In this document: one piece after another, positions 38,491 to 46,839 of the stretch
Layout: every line of letters begins with the position of its first letter
Numbering within the stretch: the first letter of the stretch is position 1
IMG/VR virus record: IMGVR_UViG_3300025098_000012
Span: 62,001 to 126,000 of that record
DNA: 64,000 nucleotides
Reading direction: 5' to 3' (one strand)
Made by a program: the position numbers and the translations under genes
Notes under the pieces: model-generated
Told to the model about the DNA's origin: nothing
Databases searched by the model: none
What the model saw: only the letters and a program-made list of their open reading frames with translations

Positions 38491-39054
38491 ATGACTTTAA
38501 GAGAGCAGATACAACAGAGAGCAGAGATGATAGGTCAGCTAGGTGGTCGAGGCGACCTTATGACGCAAGAGCAGTATGTACTCGATAAGGGTACTCAGAT
38601 GGCTTCTACTGAGCCTTTAACAGATGAGCAGTACGCTTACCTCAGAATGATCACAGGAGCGATTGAGTGCCTTCCTAAGCAGTGTTTCTACAATGCTCAG
38701 ATGATGACACTTACGGACAGCTATCATGAGACACAGAGGGTCAAGTACCACGAGGGCTATGTGTGGACGGGGATCATGCCGATCCTTCATGGTTGGATCA
38801 CTCTTGACGGTAAGATAGTGGATGTAACACTCAGCACCGATCCACAGTCAACGCAACGCTTCTTTGATGGAGAGCCACCACGAGAGGACTTGATGGACAG
38901 GGTGTTAGGAGTGATCCCCGATGAGTGGGAGTATATCGGTGTGCCGATGGAGGGTGAGTATGTGGTGAGCTTCATGCTAGAGAAAATGGAGTCTCGATCC
39001 CTCATCGACAACTGGCAAGACGGATGGCCTCTGTTGAGACAGAGTGATGGTTAG
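38491..39054 (+). CDS. Transglutaminase/papain-like fold protein
   Basis: QCFYNA...EGY...HGW...IVDVT (putative C-H-D triad). Confidence 0.6.
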   Translation: MTLREQIQQRAEMIGQLGGRGDLMTQEQYVLDKGTQMASTEPLTDEQYAYLRMITGAIECLPKQCFYNAQMMTLTDSYHETQRVKYHEGYVWTGIMPILHGWITLDGKIVDVTLSTDPQSTQRFFDGEPPREDLMDRVLGVIPDEWEYIGVPMEGEYVVSFMLEKMESRSLIDNWQDGWPLLRQSDG

Positions 39055-39470
39055 CCTTTAAGTTGAGAGAGTACCTCTAGCTCTAGGATGCGAGGGTCAT
39101 CACTTGCTTCGATGGTGAGTGTGTCATCCCCCCGACTAGTCGTGATCTCCCCTTTGCGATTGATGTAAGTCTCAGTAGGTCGAGTGATCTTTGCCTTGAA
39201 GAGTTCGACACCCATCTCTTCTTTAAAGGACTTTACAAGAGCCTTGATGATGTCGGTGTCCTCCACACCTGCTGAGGAGATGCGATACTCAACAGTCTTA
39301 GTGATGAGAGGAGCGATGCCATGATCTCGGTCATCGCCCCAATATGATTTGTGGTATCCGATGGTCATGCCCTTGAGTTCCGTAGCGACAGCCACGAGGT
39401 TGTCGAAGGACGAGTTATAGTCGGTGCAAGAGTGGTTTGCGATTTTGACAGCTCGGTTGATTGCTTCCAT
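39051..39470 (-). CDS. Hypothetical protein, paralogue of 39645-40046
   Basis: GYHKSYWGDD..APL..LF...ITRPT..RKG..TT.RG..TL.I. Confidence 0.8.
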   Translation of the reverse strand: MEAINRAVKIANHSCTDYNSSFDNLVAVATELKGMTIGYHKSYWGDDRDHGIAPLITKTVEYRISSAGVEDTDIIKALVKSFKEEMGVELFKAKITRPTETYINRKGEITTSRGDDTLTIEASDDPRILELEVLSQLKG

Positions 39471-39559
39471 GTGTTCTCCTTTAGAACTTGTTGGTGATGC
39501 TCCTCTTTAAGTAAGGGGTTACATTAGCCCGTCCTTAGCTCCATAAAGAGGAGGAGGGT

Positions 39560-39584
39560 TAAATAGGAAGTGAGTTCCTATTTA
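39560..39584. repeat. 25-bp palindromic site TAAATAGGAA-GTGAG-TTCCTATTTA, copy 1
   Basis: 10-bp inverted arms, 5-bp asymmetric core; identical to 40142-40166. Confidence 0.95.
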
Positions 39585-39644
39585 GGGTTGTAACCCCCTA
39601 TTTATGAGGGTGCATCAACCACTCACTCCCAATGGAGACAAAAC

Positions 39645-40046
39645 ATGATCGACATCATCCTTAACAACGCACTCAAGAGCTTCGAGACTTACGATGAAAC
39701 CTTCAAGCGAGTGATCCCAACAGCCCATGCCGAGATCGAGAATATGAGCTATGGTTATCACAAGTCTTTCTTCGGAGATGACACCGATGTGAACGCTCCC
39801 CTCGTTCAGCGTACAGGAACATATAACCTCGTCTGCGACCCGAAGGATCACGAGGCTATCGTAGAAACTATCGCAGAGGAGTTCGCTAAGGTGGAGTCCT
39901 GTGTCAAGCTCTTCGGCATCGAGATCAGCCGACCAACTAGAACCAAGTGGGTCGCTCGTAAAGGGAAGGCCACCACTCGCAAGGGAACTACCACCCTCAA
40001 CATCACTTGGAGCGAGGACAGTCGCATCACGACTTGGAAGCTCTGA
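39645..40046 (+). CDS. Hypothetical protein, paralogue of 39051-39470
   Basis: GYHKSFFGDD..APL..LF...ISRPT..RKG..TT.KG..TL.I. Confidence 0.8.
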   Translation: MIDIILNNALKSFETYDETFKRVIPTAHAEIENMSYGYHKSFFGDDTDVNAPLVQRTGTYNLVCDPKDHEAIVETIAEEFAKVESCVKLFGIEISRPTRTKWVARKGKATTRKGTTTLNITWSEDSRITTWKL

Positions 40047-40141
40047 GATAGCTCTTAGAGAGTAGTTCGAGTCGTAGCCTTTGCCCTCACCCACCTTGAG
40101 AGGCTTAAGGCTCTTAGAGAGCAATCCGAAGCGTCTAGTTC

Positions 40142-40166
40142 TAAATAGGAAGTGAGTTCCTATTTA
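40142..40166. repeat. 25-bp palindromic site, copy 2 (direct repeat)
   Basis: Identical to 39560-39584; contains the TAG stop of 40160-40438. Confidence 0.95.
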
Positions 40167-40438
40167 ACCATGACAAGGTTATACGCAAACTTGAGCCAAT
40201 CCTCAGCGTAGTTGCCTCCTTGCCACATAAGGAGTTGCACCGAGTTTTCAAACTCTCGCCATTCAGCAAGGGTCTTATTGTTAGTGTTCATCCAGCGAGA
40301 TCTCAAGTCTCGGTAATGACCTCGTGCAAGATCTTCCCACATAGGAAGCCAACTTGACCGATCCGTCCTAGAATTACGAAGCAACTGTATAAGGTCTATG
40401 GTCGTCATTTCTCTAGTCATTTTCATGTCCTTGTTCAT
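40160..40438 (-). CDS. Hypothetical Trp-rich protein
   Basis: TCATATAA upstream. Confidence 0.6.
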   Translation of the reverse strand: MNKDMKMTREMTTIDLIQLLRNSRTDRSSWLPMWEDLARGHYRDLRSRWMNTNNKTLAEWREFENSVQLLMWQGGNYAEDWLKFAYNLVMVK

Positions 40439-40606
40439 ATAACTTGAGTACCTATTTATTATATGATTTGGAGACTGAAAATGACTTCTCTGATGAGAAG
40501 TTATCGAGGGTTTGACTCGTTCTTAAAATGGCAAATATGGGTAGGGTTTCTAGCTAGTCTATGTTAGTGATACAGCAAGCGAACTGGATCAAACACTACC
40601 GACACC

Positions 40607-41080
40607 TCATCGAACCTTAGCCAGCTCCCTATCGCAGATCTCATTCGACCTCTTCTCGAAGATGGGGCAGTTGTCCATCATGTAGCTATATGCGTCTTGC
40701 TGAAGGTCAATCCCCTTAACCGATCTAGTGTCCTTGAGGCAGGTGATGAGATAAAGCAGACGACCACTAGGAGGGTTGGGGAAAGCCCACTCCATCACTT
40801 GATCCTCCGTCATCTTAGACACGACCTCATTAAGCCAAGACTTATCTGAGTCGGTGAGAGCGAAGTCCTGTGGCTTACGGTTGAAAGCCCACCACAGCCT
40901 CATCTCCATGTGGTTGCTGATGACTCCATGCTTCTTGTAGTATGCCCTAGCGATCTTCACATCATTCTCGACAACATGGTCGATGTCCGATTGGCTGAGG
41001 GTCGGGAGGCGAGGGTTATCATTCTCTCGCTCATGGGTCTGACGGATGTGCTTGCGATACTGACTTAAGAGATTTTCCAT
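40607..41080 (-). CDS. Hypothetical protein
   Basis: SD AAAGGA; 5' hairpin leader. Confidence 0.75.
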   Translation of the reverse strand: MENLLSQYRKHIRQTHERENDNPRLPTLSQSDIDHVVENDVKIARAYYKKHGVISNHMEMRLWWAFNRKPQDFALTDSDKSWLNEVVSKMTEDQVMEWAFPNPPSGRLLYLITCLKDTRSVKGIDLQQDAYSYMMDNCPIFEKRSNEICDRELAKVR

Positions 41081-41195
41081 TGTTCGTCCTTTGCGGAGTT
41101 GGTTCGGAAGGTGAGGGTCTGATTGTCTGCCCTCTATCTAGTCAACACAGGGGCTGTCCTTTTCTTTTCAGCACATCACTTTTTGATTAAACTTT

Positions 41196-41804
41196 TTACC
41201 CACGAGGGAGCATACCCTCCCTTGAGTCAAAGTTATACTCCTCGATGATCTTGTTGATCCTCTCAAGCTGAGTAGCTACCCACTCTTGATTGCCCCCACC
41301 TTTAGTGTCGTAGTGGTGGTCGAGGAGGTGGAGATTTTGGTCAATGCTGAACAGCTCCGAACTGAGCCTCCAGTTCGCATCATCGTAGTCCTTGACGACC
41401 TGTGGTGGCAAGATCTCAACCTCCCACGCTTGATCTCTGAGGAGGTCATTAAGCTCATCCTCTCGCTCGTCCTCATCTAAGGTGGGGTCGAGCGATGCCT
41501 TAGCCGCCTCCTCATCAAACCACTCCCGATTGATGTCCCAAGGGTACACACCTTCCATGACGCAGTGGTCGCAAAGCTCCTCGTCATGGTCGTACTCGTC
41601 ATATCCGACACAGTATGATGCCATGTATCGTCCTGCCCCATTACACTCAGTGCAGACCTTAGCCTCAGCGTAGCGAGATGCTTGGAGTTTAGCCTTAGCC
41701 TCCTCTAGCTTCGCCTTGAGGGTGGGGAGGGCCTTGATCTCGCTCTCGATTTGAGCGATGAGGACTCGCTCGGAAGTTTTGATGTCTTGTAGTGATGGCA
41801 TCAT
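41196..41804 (-). CDS. Coiled-coil plus DnaJ-type Zn-finger protein
   Basis: CTECNGAG...CDHC; start re-assigned after GGAGA. Confidence 0.75.
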   Translation of the reverse strand: MMPSLQDIKTSERVLIAQIESEIKALPTLKAKLEEAKAKLQASRYAEAKVCTECNGAGRYMASYCVGYDEYDHDEELCDHCVMEGVYPWDINREWFDEEAAKASLDPTLDEDEREDELNDLLRDQAWEVEILPPQVVKDYDDANWRLSSELFSIDQNLHLLDHHYDTKGGGNQEWVATQLERINKIIEEYNFDSREGMLPRG

Positions 41805-41884
41805 ATTGATGTCTCCATTAGGAGTGAGTGAGGTGCGTGATGATTCTGCACCTCTTACATAAGGATATAGATAAGGGGTTACGC

Positions 41885-42067
41885 TCACGCTTGCTTGAGG
41901 AGCGTCTTAGCCTCCTCTGCCTTGTCAGCGTCAACCTTGATATGGACGATCTGATTTGCAGGCACAGGGTGGAAGCTAGGGTTCAAGTGGGTTATGACAG
42001 CCATGATGTCATAGAGCTGATACATGGTTGAGGTGTCGGGTAAGGACGCTACGGTGGTTCGGGTCAT
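41885..42067 (-). CDS. Hypothetical protein
   Basis: SD AGGAGG. Confidence 0.7.
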   Translation of the reverse strand: MTRTTVASLPDTSTMYQLYDIMAVITHLNPSFHPVPANQIVHIKVDADKAEEAKTLLKQA

Positions 42068-42076
42068 GTGTGCCTC

Positions 42077-42355
42077 CTAGTGGTGGTAAGGGTTCATGGG
42101 AGTGCCAGGCTCAAAGCCTGTGATCAGCCACTCTCGGATTTGGACTGACCAATCCTTGAGTGCATCTTGAGCGACAGCTCCCTCAGCCCATGCAGTGAGC
42201 ATGGCGATGGCTTGAGGAGCAGGGGTGTCCACCGTTAGTGTGGTGGACACATGAACGAACATGGAGGGTGATCGAGTGAGGGTGGTCTTACCCTCAACCT
42301 CGTTGACCTCAACTGAGATCGAACCCATTGGTCTTTGATGTGTGATGGTTGTCAT
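42077..42355 (-). CDS. Hypothetical protein
   Basis: SD AAGGAGA; C-terminal REWLITG. Confidence 0.75.
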   Translation of the reverse strand: MTTITHQRPMGSISVEVNEVEGKTTLTRSPSMFVHVSTTLTVDTPAPQAIAMLTAWAEGAVAQDALKDWSVQIREWLITGFEPGTPMNPYHH

Positions 42356-42392
42356 GTTGGTTCTCCTTAGTGGTTGATACAAGGTTATCTGT

Positions 42393-42671
42393 TTAAGGGG
42401 TTACGAAGTGCTTGCTACTGCACTCGATCTCCCCTGTCTCACCGTTGATGCTGATCCCGATGTCCTCCTCTTTATCACCGTTGCGATCTAGGATGTTGAG
42501 TTGGAGGGGGGTGTCTACAGGCACATTGCGAAGCTCTCGTCCTTCCCATCCGTCTGTGGCGAAGTCGAGGATGTTCCCATTCTCATCGTACTCGCAAGCA
42601 CAGATCTCAACTTGATGGTTTCGAGAGTAGCCTGCATAGGCGAGGTAGTCTGTTTTAGTAGGTTTACGCAT
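42393..42671 (-). CDS. Hypothetical protein, paralogue of 22101-22367
   Basis: Shared motifs; last codons V-T-P-stop are encoded by the motif. Confidence 0.75.
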   Translation of the reverse strand: MRKPTKTDYLAYAGYSRNHQVEICACEYDENGNILDFATDGWEGRELRNVPVDTPLQLNILDRNGDKEEDIGISINGETGEIECSSKHFVTP

Positions 42672-42805
42672 AAGCATAAGTCCTTTCATAGTTGTCAAAG
42701 AGTTAGTAGGGCAACCACTGTCGCCCTCGATACTGTTCAATAAATAAGGGGTTACGCCAACCTGTAACCCCTTATTTATTACAAAGCATCAACCAAGGAG
42801 AACCT

Positions 42806-42955
42806 ATGTATGAACTATATGATCGCTTTGAGAAGGAGGTCGTCAAGACCTTTGCCTCTCTAGGAGAAGCAGGGTTTTACCTCGCCCAAGAGGTAGAGCA
42901 AGAGTATCGAAAAGAGCGTGGGGTGAGTCTACCTCGCTTCACTATCAACTACTAA
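42806..42955 (+). CDS. 49-aa protein not in the ORF track (MYELYDRFEK...RFTINY)
   Basis: Motif plus SD AAGGAGA. Confidence 0.75.
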   Translation: MYELYDRFEKEVVKTFASLGEAGFYLAQEVEQEYRKERGVSLPRFTINY

Positions 42956-42968
42956 GAAAGGACTGCAC

Positions 42969-43610
42969 ATGACCTTGACCCAAAAAATAAACGGGGTTCG
43001 CAAGATGATCCCGACACCACATCACAAGACTGCGTACAAGACCAAAGGGTCTATGCAGTCCTGGTATGACCGACACACCAAACTTTTCACTGAGCTTGCT
43101 GAGGAGATAGGCTTTGAGGTCAGTAAAGAGACAGGCACTCTATCCTCTTTTACGGGCACTATCTTGAACATCAAGAAGAGTGGGTTTGGGGACTTTAAGC
43201 TCACCTTGAGATGGGCTAAGGATGGTTTATCTACGGTGCGTCTATGTGGCAACAGCACTGACCATACAGTCTACCCTTATCAGACATGGCGAGGGTACGA
43301 GAAGCCTCAGTCTCATAATGATGCTCACTTGGGTAACTGGTTCCTCAAGTTGATACGATTGGATTGGGTCGCTGGTAACAGACCGAACATCCATCAGATC
43401 AAGGTCGATGATGAGATAGTGTTTAGTGGCACACCAGGTGGTGGTGGTCAACGCACACGAGCTAAGGTTGTAGGGTATGGTGGAGCATGGGGTCGTAGCT
43501 ACTTCAAGGTGTCGCTATTAGAGGAGCGAGGGGTGAAGAAGATCAAACCTGTGGGAACGGTCATGGAGGTACACTATAACTGCATCATCCACCACGAGGG
43601 CAAAGCGTAA
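42969..43610 (+). CDS. Hypothetical protein with C-terminal SH3-like segment
   Basis: IKVDDEIVF..RAKVV; stop inside the motif. Confidence 0.75.
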   Translation: MTLTQKINGVRKMIPTPHHKTAYKTKGSMQSWYDRHTKLFTELAEEIGFEVSKETGTLSSFTGTILNIKKSGFGDFKLTLRWAKDGLSTVRLCGNSTDHTVYPYQTWRGYEKPQSHNDAHLGNWFLKLIRLDWVAGNRPNIHQIKVDDEIVFSGTPGGGGQRTRAKVVGYGGAWGRSYFKVSLLEERGVKKIKPVGTVMEVHYNCIIHHEGKA

Positions 43611-43653
43611 CCCCTTAAGCATATAATAGCATACAGCACTTGAAAGGACTGAC

Positions 43654-44025
43654 ATGACCATCGAACAACAGCGACTCCAATATGCAACAATCCGAAACAG
43701 CCTACCCCAACCTTTTCGTGGGGAGTGGAGAAACATCGAGCAAGCCTTTACTGACCTTGATGTACCTCCTACCCCTAGCGAGTGGGTATCCGAGCTGTCC
43801 AAATACAGCTCTGAGGTATCTCAATATAAGTCGGCTCTTGATGCTTGGGTCAATCTCCGAATGGAAGATGAAGCAGGTTGGGGTGAGGATCACGATCCTA
43901 ATCAAATCAATGGGTGGCGAGATGACCTCAGCATTGTCAGCAAGACGAGCCTCTTGCGAAGGCAGTTTAACGAGGACTTAAACACCATGATAAGCTACGA
44001 TGAGTGGCGAGAAAGTAGAGACTAG
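43654..44025 (+). CDS. Hypothetical protein
   Basis: Motif plus SD AAAGGA. Confidence 0.75.
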   Translation: MTIEQQRLQYATIRNSLPQPFRGEWRNIEQAFTDLDVPPTPSEWVSELSKYSSEVSQYKSALDAWVNLRMEDEAGWGEDHDPNQINGWRDDLSIVSKTSLLRRQFNEDLNTMISYDEWRESRD

Positions 44026-44029
44026 TAAT

Positions 44030-44347
44030 ATGACGACATACGCTAATAACTGTGGACACCTACAAGACCTTATCTCCGAAGCTCACAGTGAGAGATTAAG
44101 TGAGAGCGATGCGAAGATATGGGCTAAGTCATTCATAGAGGAACTTGAGAACTATGAGGAGGTCAAGGACATGGCACACCACTATGGCATCTCCTCAGTC
44201 GAGGTAGCCCACCACCAAACGATCAAAGCACATCTCTTAAAGAAGATGGTCGAGGAGATGCTCGACTTTGACAGTGCCGATGATGAGGATGAATACTATG
44301 CCCTAGATGATGACGACTATGGCGATGGTATGGAGGGCGAGCTATGA
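44030..44347 (+). CDS. Acidic hypothetical protein
   Basis: D/E-rich tail; operon member. Confidence 0.65.
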   Translation: MTTYANNCGHLQDLISEAHSERLSESDAKIWAKSFIEELENYEEVKDMAHHYGISSVEVAHHQTIKAHLLKKMVEEMLDFDSADDEDEYYALDDDDYGDGMEGEL

Positions 44348-44934
44348 AGGCACTCATAGGGCTGACGATCAAGAAGGCTAAGGAGGTAGCCAAGCAAGAG
44401 CTAGGGGTCAAGAGAATGGGCGATGCTCGCTTTCAGATGATCCTCGATCAAGGGGTCAAGAGTGGCGACTTCATCCTTGACGGTGATATGATTAAAGACC
44501 CAAGCGAAGATGATCCCTTAGACCTGTTCGGTGAAGTGGTTGTCGAAGATGACCCCTTAGACCCCGATCCAGTTATTTCTACTAAGACCACGCATCCCGA
44601 AGTGGCTCTCCTTGACCCCAAGCTGTCTAGCTCTGACCTGCCAAGAGCAGGTGATCTCTACCACTACAGATCATACTCTGGTGAGGTCGTGCAGGGTGAA
44701 GTAAAGTCAACCATCTGCTTTGCCGAATGTCAAAACCCCGATGGTACATGGCAAACGGTAGCCTTCCAAGACCTCTATCTCAAAAAGCGTGGTGTGCCTA
44801 AAGAGACAATGCTCAACCACCTTAACGCTTACTACCAAAATAATAACCACTTAAGATCTGAGCGTGATCGGCTTTTAAAAGAAATCAGCGAGCTAGAAGG
44901 GAAGATTAACCAGGCGAAGGGAGATACGCAGTAG
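44344..44934 (+). CDS. Hypothetical protein
   Basis: ATGA coupling; C-terminal coiled coil. Confidence 0.75.
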   Translation: MKALIGLTIKKAKEVAKQELGVKRMGDARFQMILDQGVKSGDFILDGDMIKDPSEDDPLDLFGEVVVEDDPLDPDPVISTKTTHPEVALLDPKLSSSDLPRAGDLYHYRSYSGEVVQGEVKSTICFAECQNPDGTWQTVAFQDLYLKKRGVPKETMLNHLNAYYQNNNHLRSERDRLLKEISELEGKINQAKGDTQ

Positions 44935-44998
44935 TAACCTCTTATCTATAACCTAGTAAGGGAATGAACCTCTCCAACCACTCCCTAATGGAGACAAC

Positions 44999-45403
44999 AT
45001 GGACATCGCCACCAAGACCATCAAGACCCTTGAGGATCGCCTCGATCACCTCAAGGCACAGCTCAAAGCTGAACACCCTAACCACTGTCAGCACTGTGGA
45101 GGACAAGGTGGACACGAGCATCACGATAGCGGAAGTCGATGGGAGCCGCCTCACTCTGAGTGGGAAGAGTGTCCTCAATGCTTCGGGCAGGGTTTGCATC
45201 CTCTCGACATCACCAAGTCGATGAGTGAGGAAGAGGCTGAGGATTGGGTTGAAGTGAGTGCCGAAGATATGCACCATCTCCTCAAGGAGATCCTAGACAC
45301 CGAGCTGAACCTGTCCGCCTCCGAAGAATACCTCACCTACCTTGAGATAGAAGAAGCTATCGCAGAGGCTCACGATGAGTGGGATCGTCAAAGACAAGGT
45401 TAA
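44999..45403 (+). CDS. DnaJ-type Zn-finger protein
   Basis: CQHCGGQG...CPQCFGQG. Confidence 0.8.
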   Translation: MDIATKTIKTLEDRLDHLKAQLKAEHPNHCQHCGGQGGHEHHDSGSRWEPPHSEWEECPQCFGQGLHPLDITKSMSEEEAEDWVEVSAEDMHHLLKEILDTELNLSASEEYLTYLEIEEAIAEAHDEWDRQRQG

Positions 45404-45568
45404 TCAACATCCTGTCAGAACCCCATCAAAAACTCTTGGGGGGATCTCGGAGTCCCTAAAAACCCATATTGAAAACGCATACAAAATGACACCCTTAATT
45501 TGAAACCCCCTTTCGTAACCCCTTATTACATTATACAAACACAACCAAATACGAGAGGTATGAATACA

Positions 45569-45937
45569 ATGGACACTACACTGACCAAAACACATGAACT
45601 AGACGCAGAGCTAGTGGCACATAAGCTATCAGAGCTTCGTGGTGGCTCTTACCACGATGCAAGACCTGTGGAGATCGAGATCACGAATGGGGCATACATC
45701 AGTTTCAAGATGTGGACAGGCGAGGACGAGCCAGAGGAAGATGAGGATGATGATCGAGAGTGGAACTTGGAGTGTTCTACAGATGACCTTCTCTCAAACC
45801 TCAAGAGAGCTTGTCGAGAGGCAGGAGTGGACATCGAGATGGAGTACCAATACTGCGATGTTCATAACGACTATCGCAAGGGCATCTATGTCGATGCCTG
45901 TATCGACCTTACGAACACAGGAGCAGACAATGGCTAA
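45569..45937 (+). CDS. Acidic hypothetical protein
   Basis: Motif at 45515; SD GAGAGG. Confidence 0.7.
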   Translation: MDTTLTKTHELDAELVAHKLSELRGGSYHDARPVEIEITNGAYISFKMWTGEDEPEEDEDDDREWNLECSTDDLLSNLKRACREAGVDIEMEYQYCDVHNDYRKGIYVDACIDLTNTGADNG

Positions 45938-46164
45938 GTCTCTCCAGAGGGGGGGGTCTTATATATGAGCGTTTTTGAAAAAGCGATGTTGGATAAGTGA
46001 TCTCATATATTATTTGAGTTTGGATTTTTTGGGTTGATTTTCTAACCCCCTTTTTGAAGCGAAAGAGGAATATGCGAGCAATGACGGACTGGTGGAACTG
46101 TTGTGTGCATCATGGGTAGATTTGTAACCCCTTATTTATAGACTCTTGAAAGGAGAACCATATT

Positions 46165-46767
46165 ATGAAATGGACAAAGATGGAGGCGATTGAGTCTCGC
46201 CAACAAGAAACGCTAGTGAAGAGAATGGGAGAGGTTCAACAAGACCCTCCGTATCCTTTGAGGGATATAACCTATGTGTACAAGAATGAGACTAGTTGTT
46301 CGTATGGTACACATTCTGGTCGCATAGAGCGTTGGTACTTTAAAGGGGATCGGTTACAGGATCGCCACTCGATGTATCGTTTATGGATTTACAAAGATGG
46401 AGGGGAGGTGTCTTTCTTTGATAGCTTTTACAAGCTCACCTACTGTAAGGATTGGGTTGAGCATGACTTAAGAGAGGGAGACTTATTAAGGTTCTCCCAT
46501 TTCAACGAGGGGTTTTCGCCTCATGGTACGGTGTACCGAGTGCAGTTGGACAAGTACCCTCACCTCACCTATGACGATGTTCTCAACTGGGTCTTAGCGA
46601 AAGAGAAGGCTTTGATGGGATATAGGGGTCAATACATGGAAGTGTATGGTGGTGATAACCCTAGAGTTGAGTTTTTCCATCATGTTTTAAAGAGGGTAGC
46701 TAAGGTCAAGCATATGGATTTAGTGGACGAAGTAAACGAGTGGGGATCAAATCTTATAAAGGCATAG
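46165..46767 (+). CDS. Hypothetical protein
   Basis: Motif plus SD AAAGGAGA. Confidence 0.75.
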   Translation: MKWTKMEAIESRQQETLVKRMGEVQQDPPYPLRDITYVYKNETSCSYGTHSGRIERWYFKGDRLQDRHSMYRLWIYKDGGEVSFFDSFYKLTYCKDWVEHDLREGDLLRFSHFNEGFSPHGTVYRVQLDKYPHLTYDDVLNWVLAKEKALMGYRGQYMEVYGGDNPRVEFFHHVLKRVAKVKHMDLVDEVNEWGSNLIKA

Positions 46768-46839
46768 TGTCATTTATTTTAGAATAGCATACGAAGTAGT
46801 AACCCCTTATTTATTAACTCTTGAAAGGAGAACATTAGT

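Larger units (their letters stand above)
20731..46815. promoter_or_regulatory. Dispersed 17-bp repeat GTAACCCCTTATYTATA (candidate early promoter / cassette boundary), 30 copies in this span
   Basis: Minus: 20731-20747, 21724-21740, 22088-22104, 22812-22828, 29652-29668, 31593-31609, 32810-32826, 32890-32906, 39506-39522, 41866-41882, 42388-42404, 42739-42755. Plus: 22894-22910, 23242-23258, 23977-23993, 32983-32999, 33220-33236, 34475-34491, 35756-35772 (degenerate), 36228-36244, 36917-36933, 37307-37323, 37822-37838, 39590-39606, 42764-42780, 43607-43623, 44934-44950, 45515-45531, 46124-46140, 46799-46815. Each copy is co-oriented with the downstream gene. Confidence 0.9.

Noticed and set aside
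39560-39584. FRT site or vector contamination (shares GTTCCTATT)
   Set aside because: Arm orientation and 5-bp core differ from FRT, and the context is native phage DNA
20731-46815. CRISPR array reading of the 17-bp repeat
   Set aside because: Copies are irregularly spaced, on both strands and separated by whole genes; no cas operon
20731-46815. Classical integron attC sites
   Set aside because: GTTAC does not fit GTTRRRY, there is no paired R/L box hairpin and no IntI in the window; only the logic is analogous
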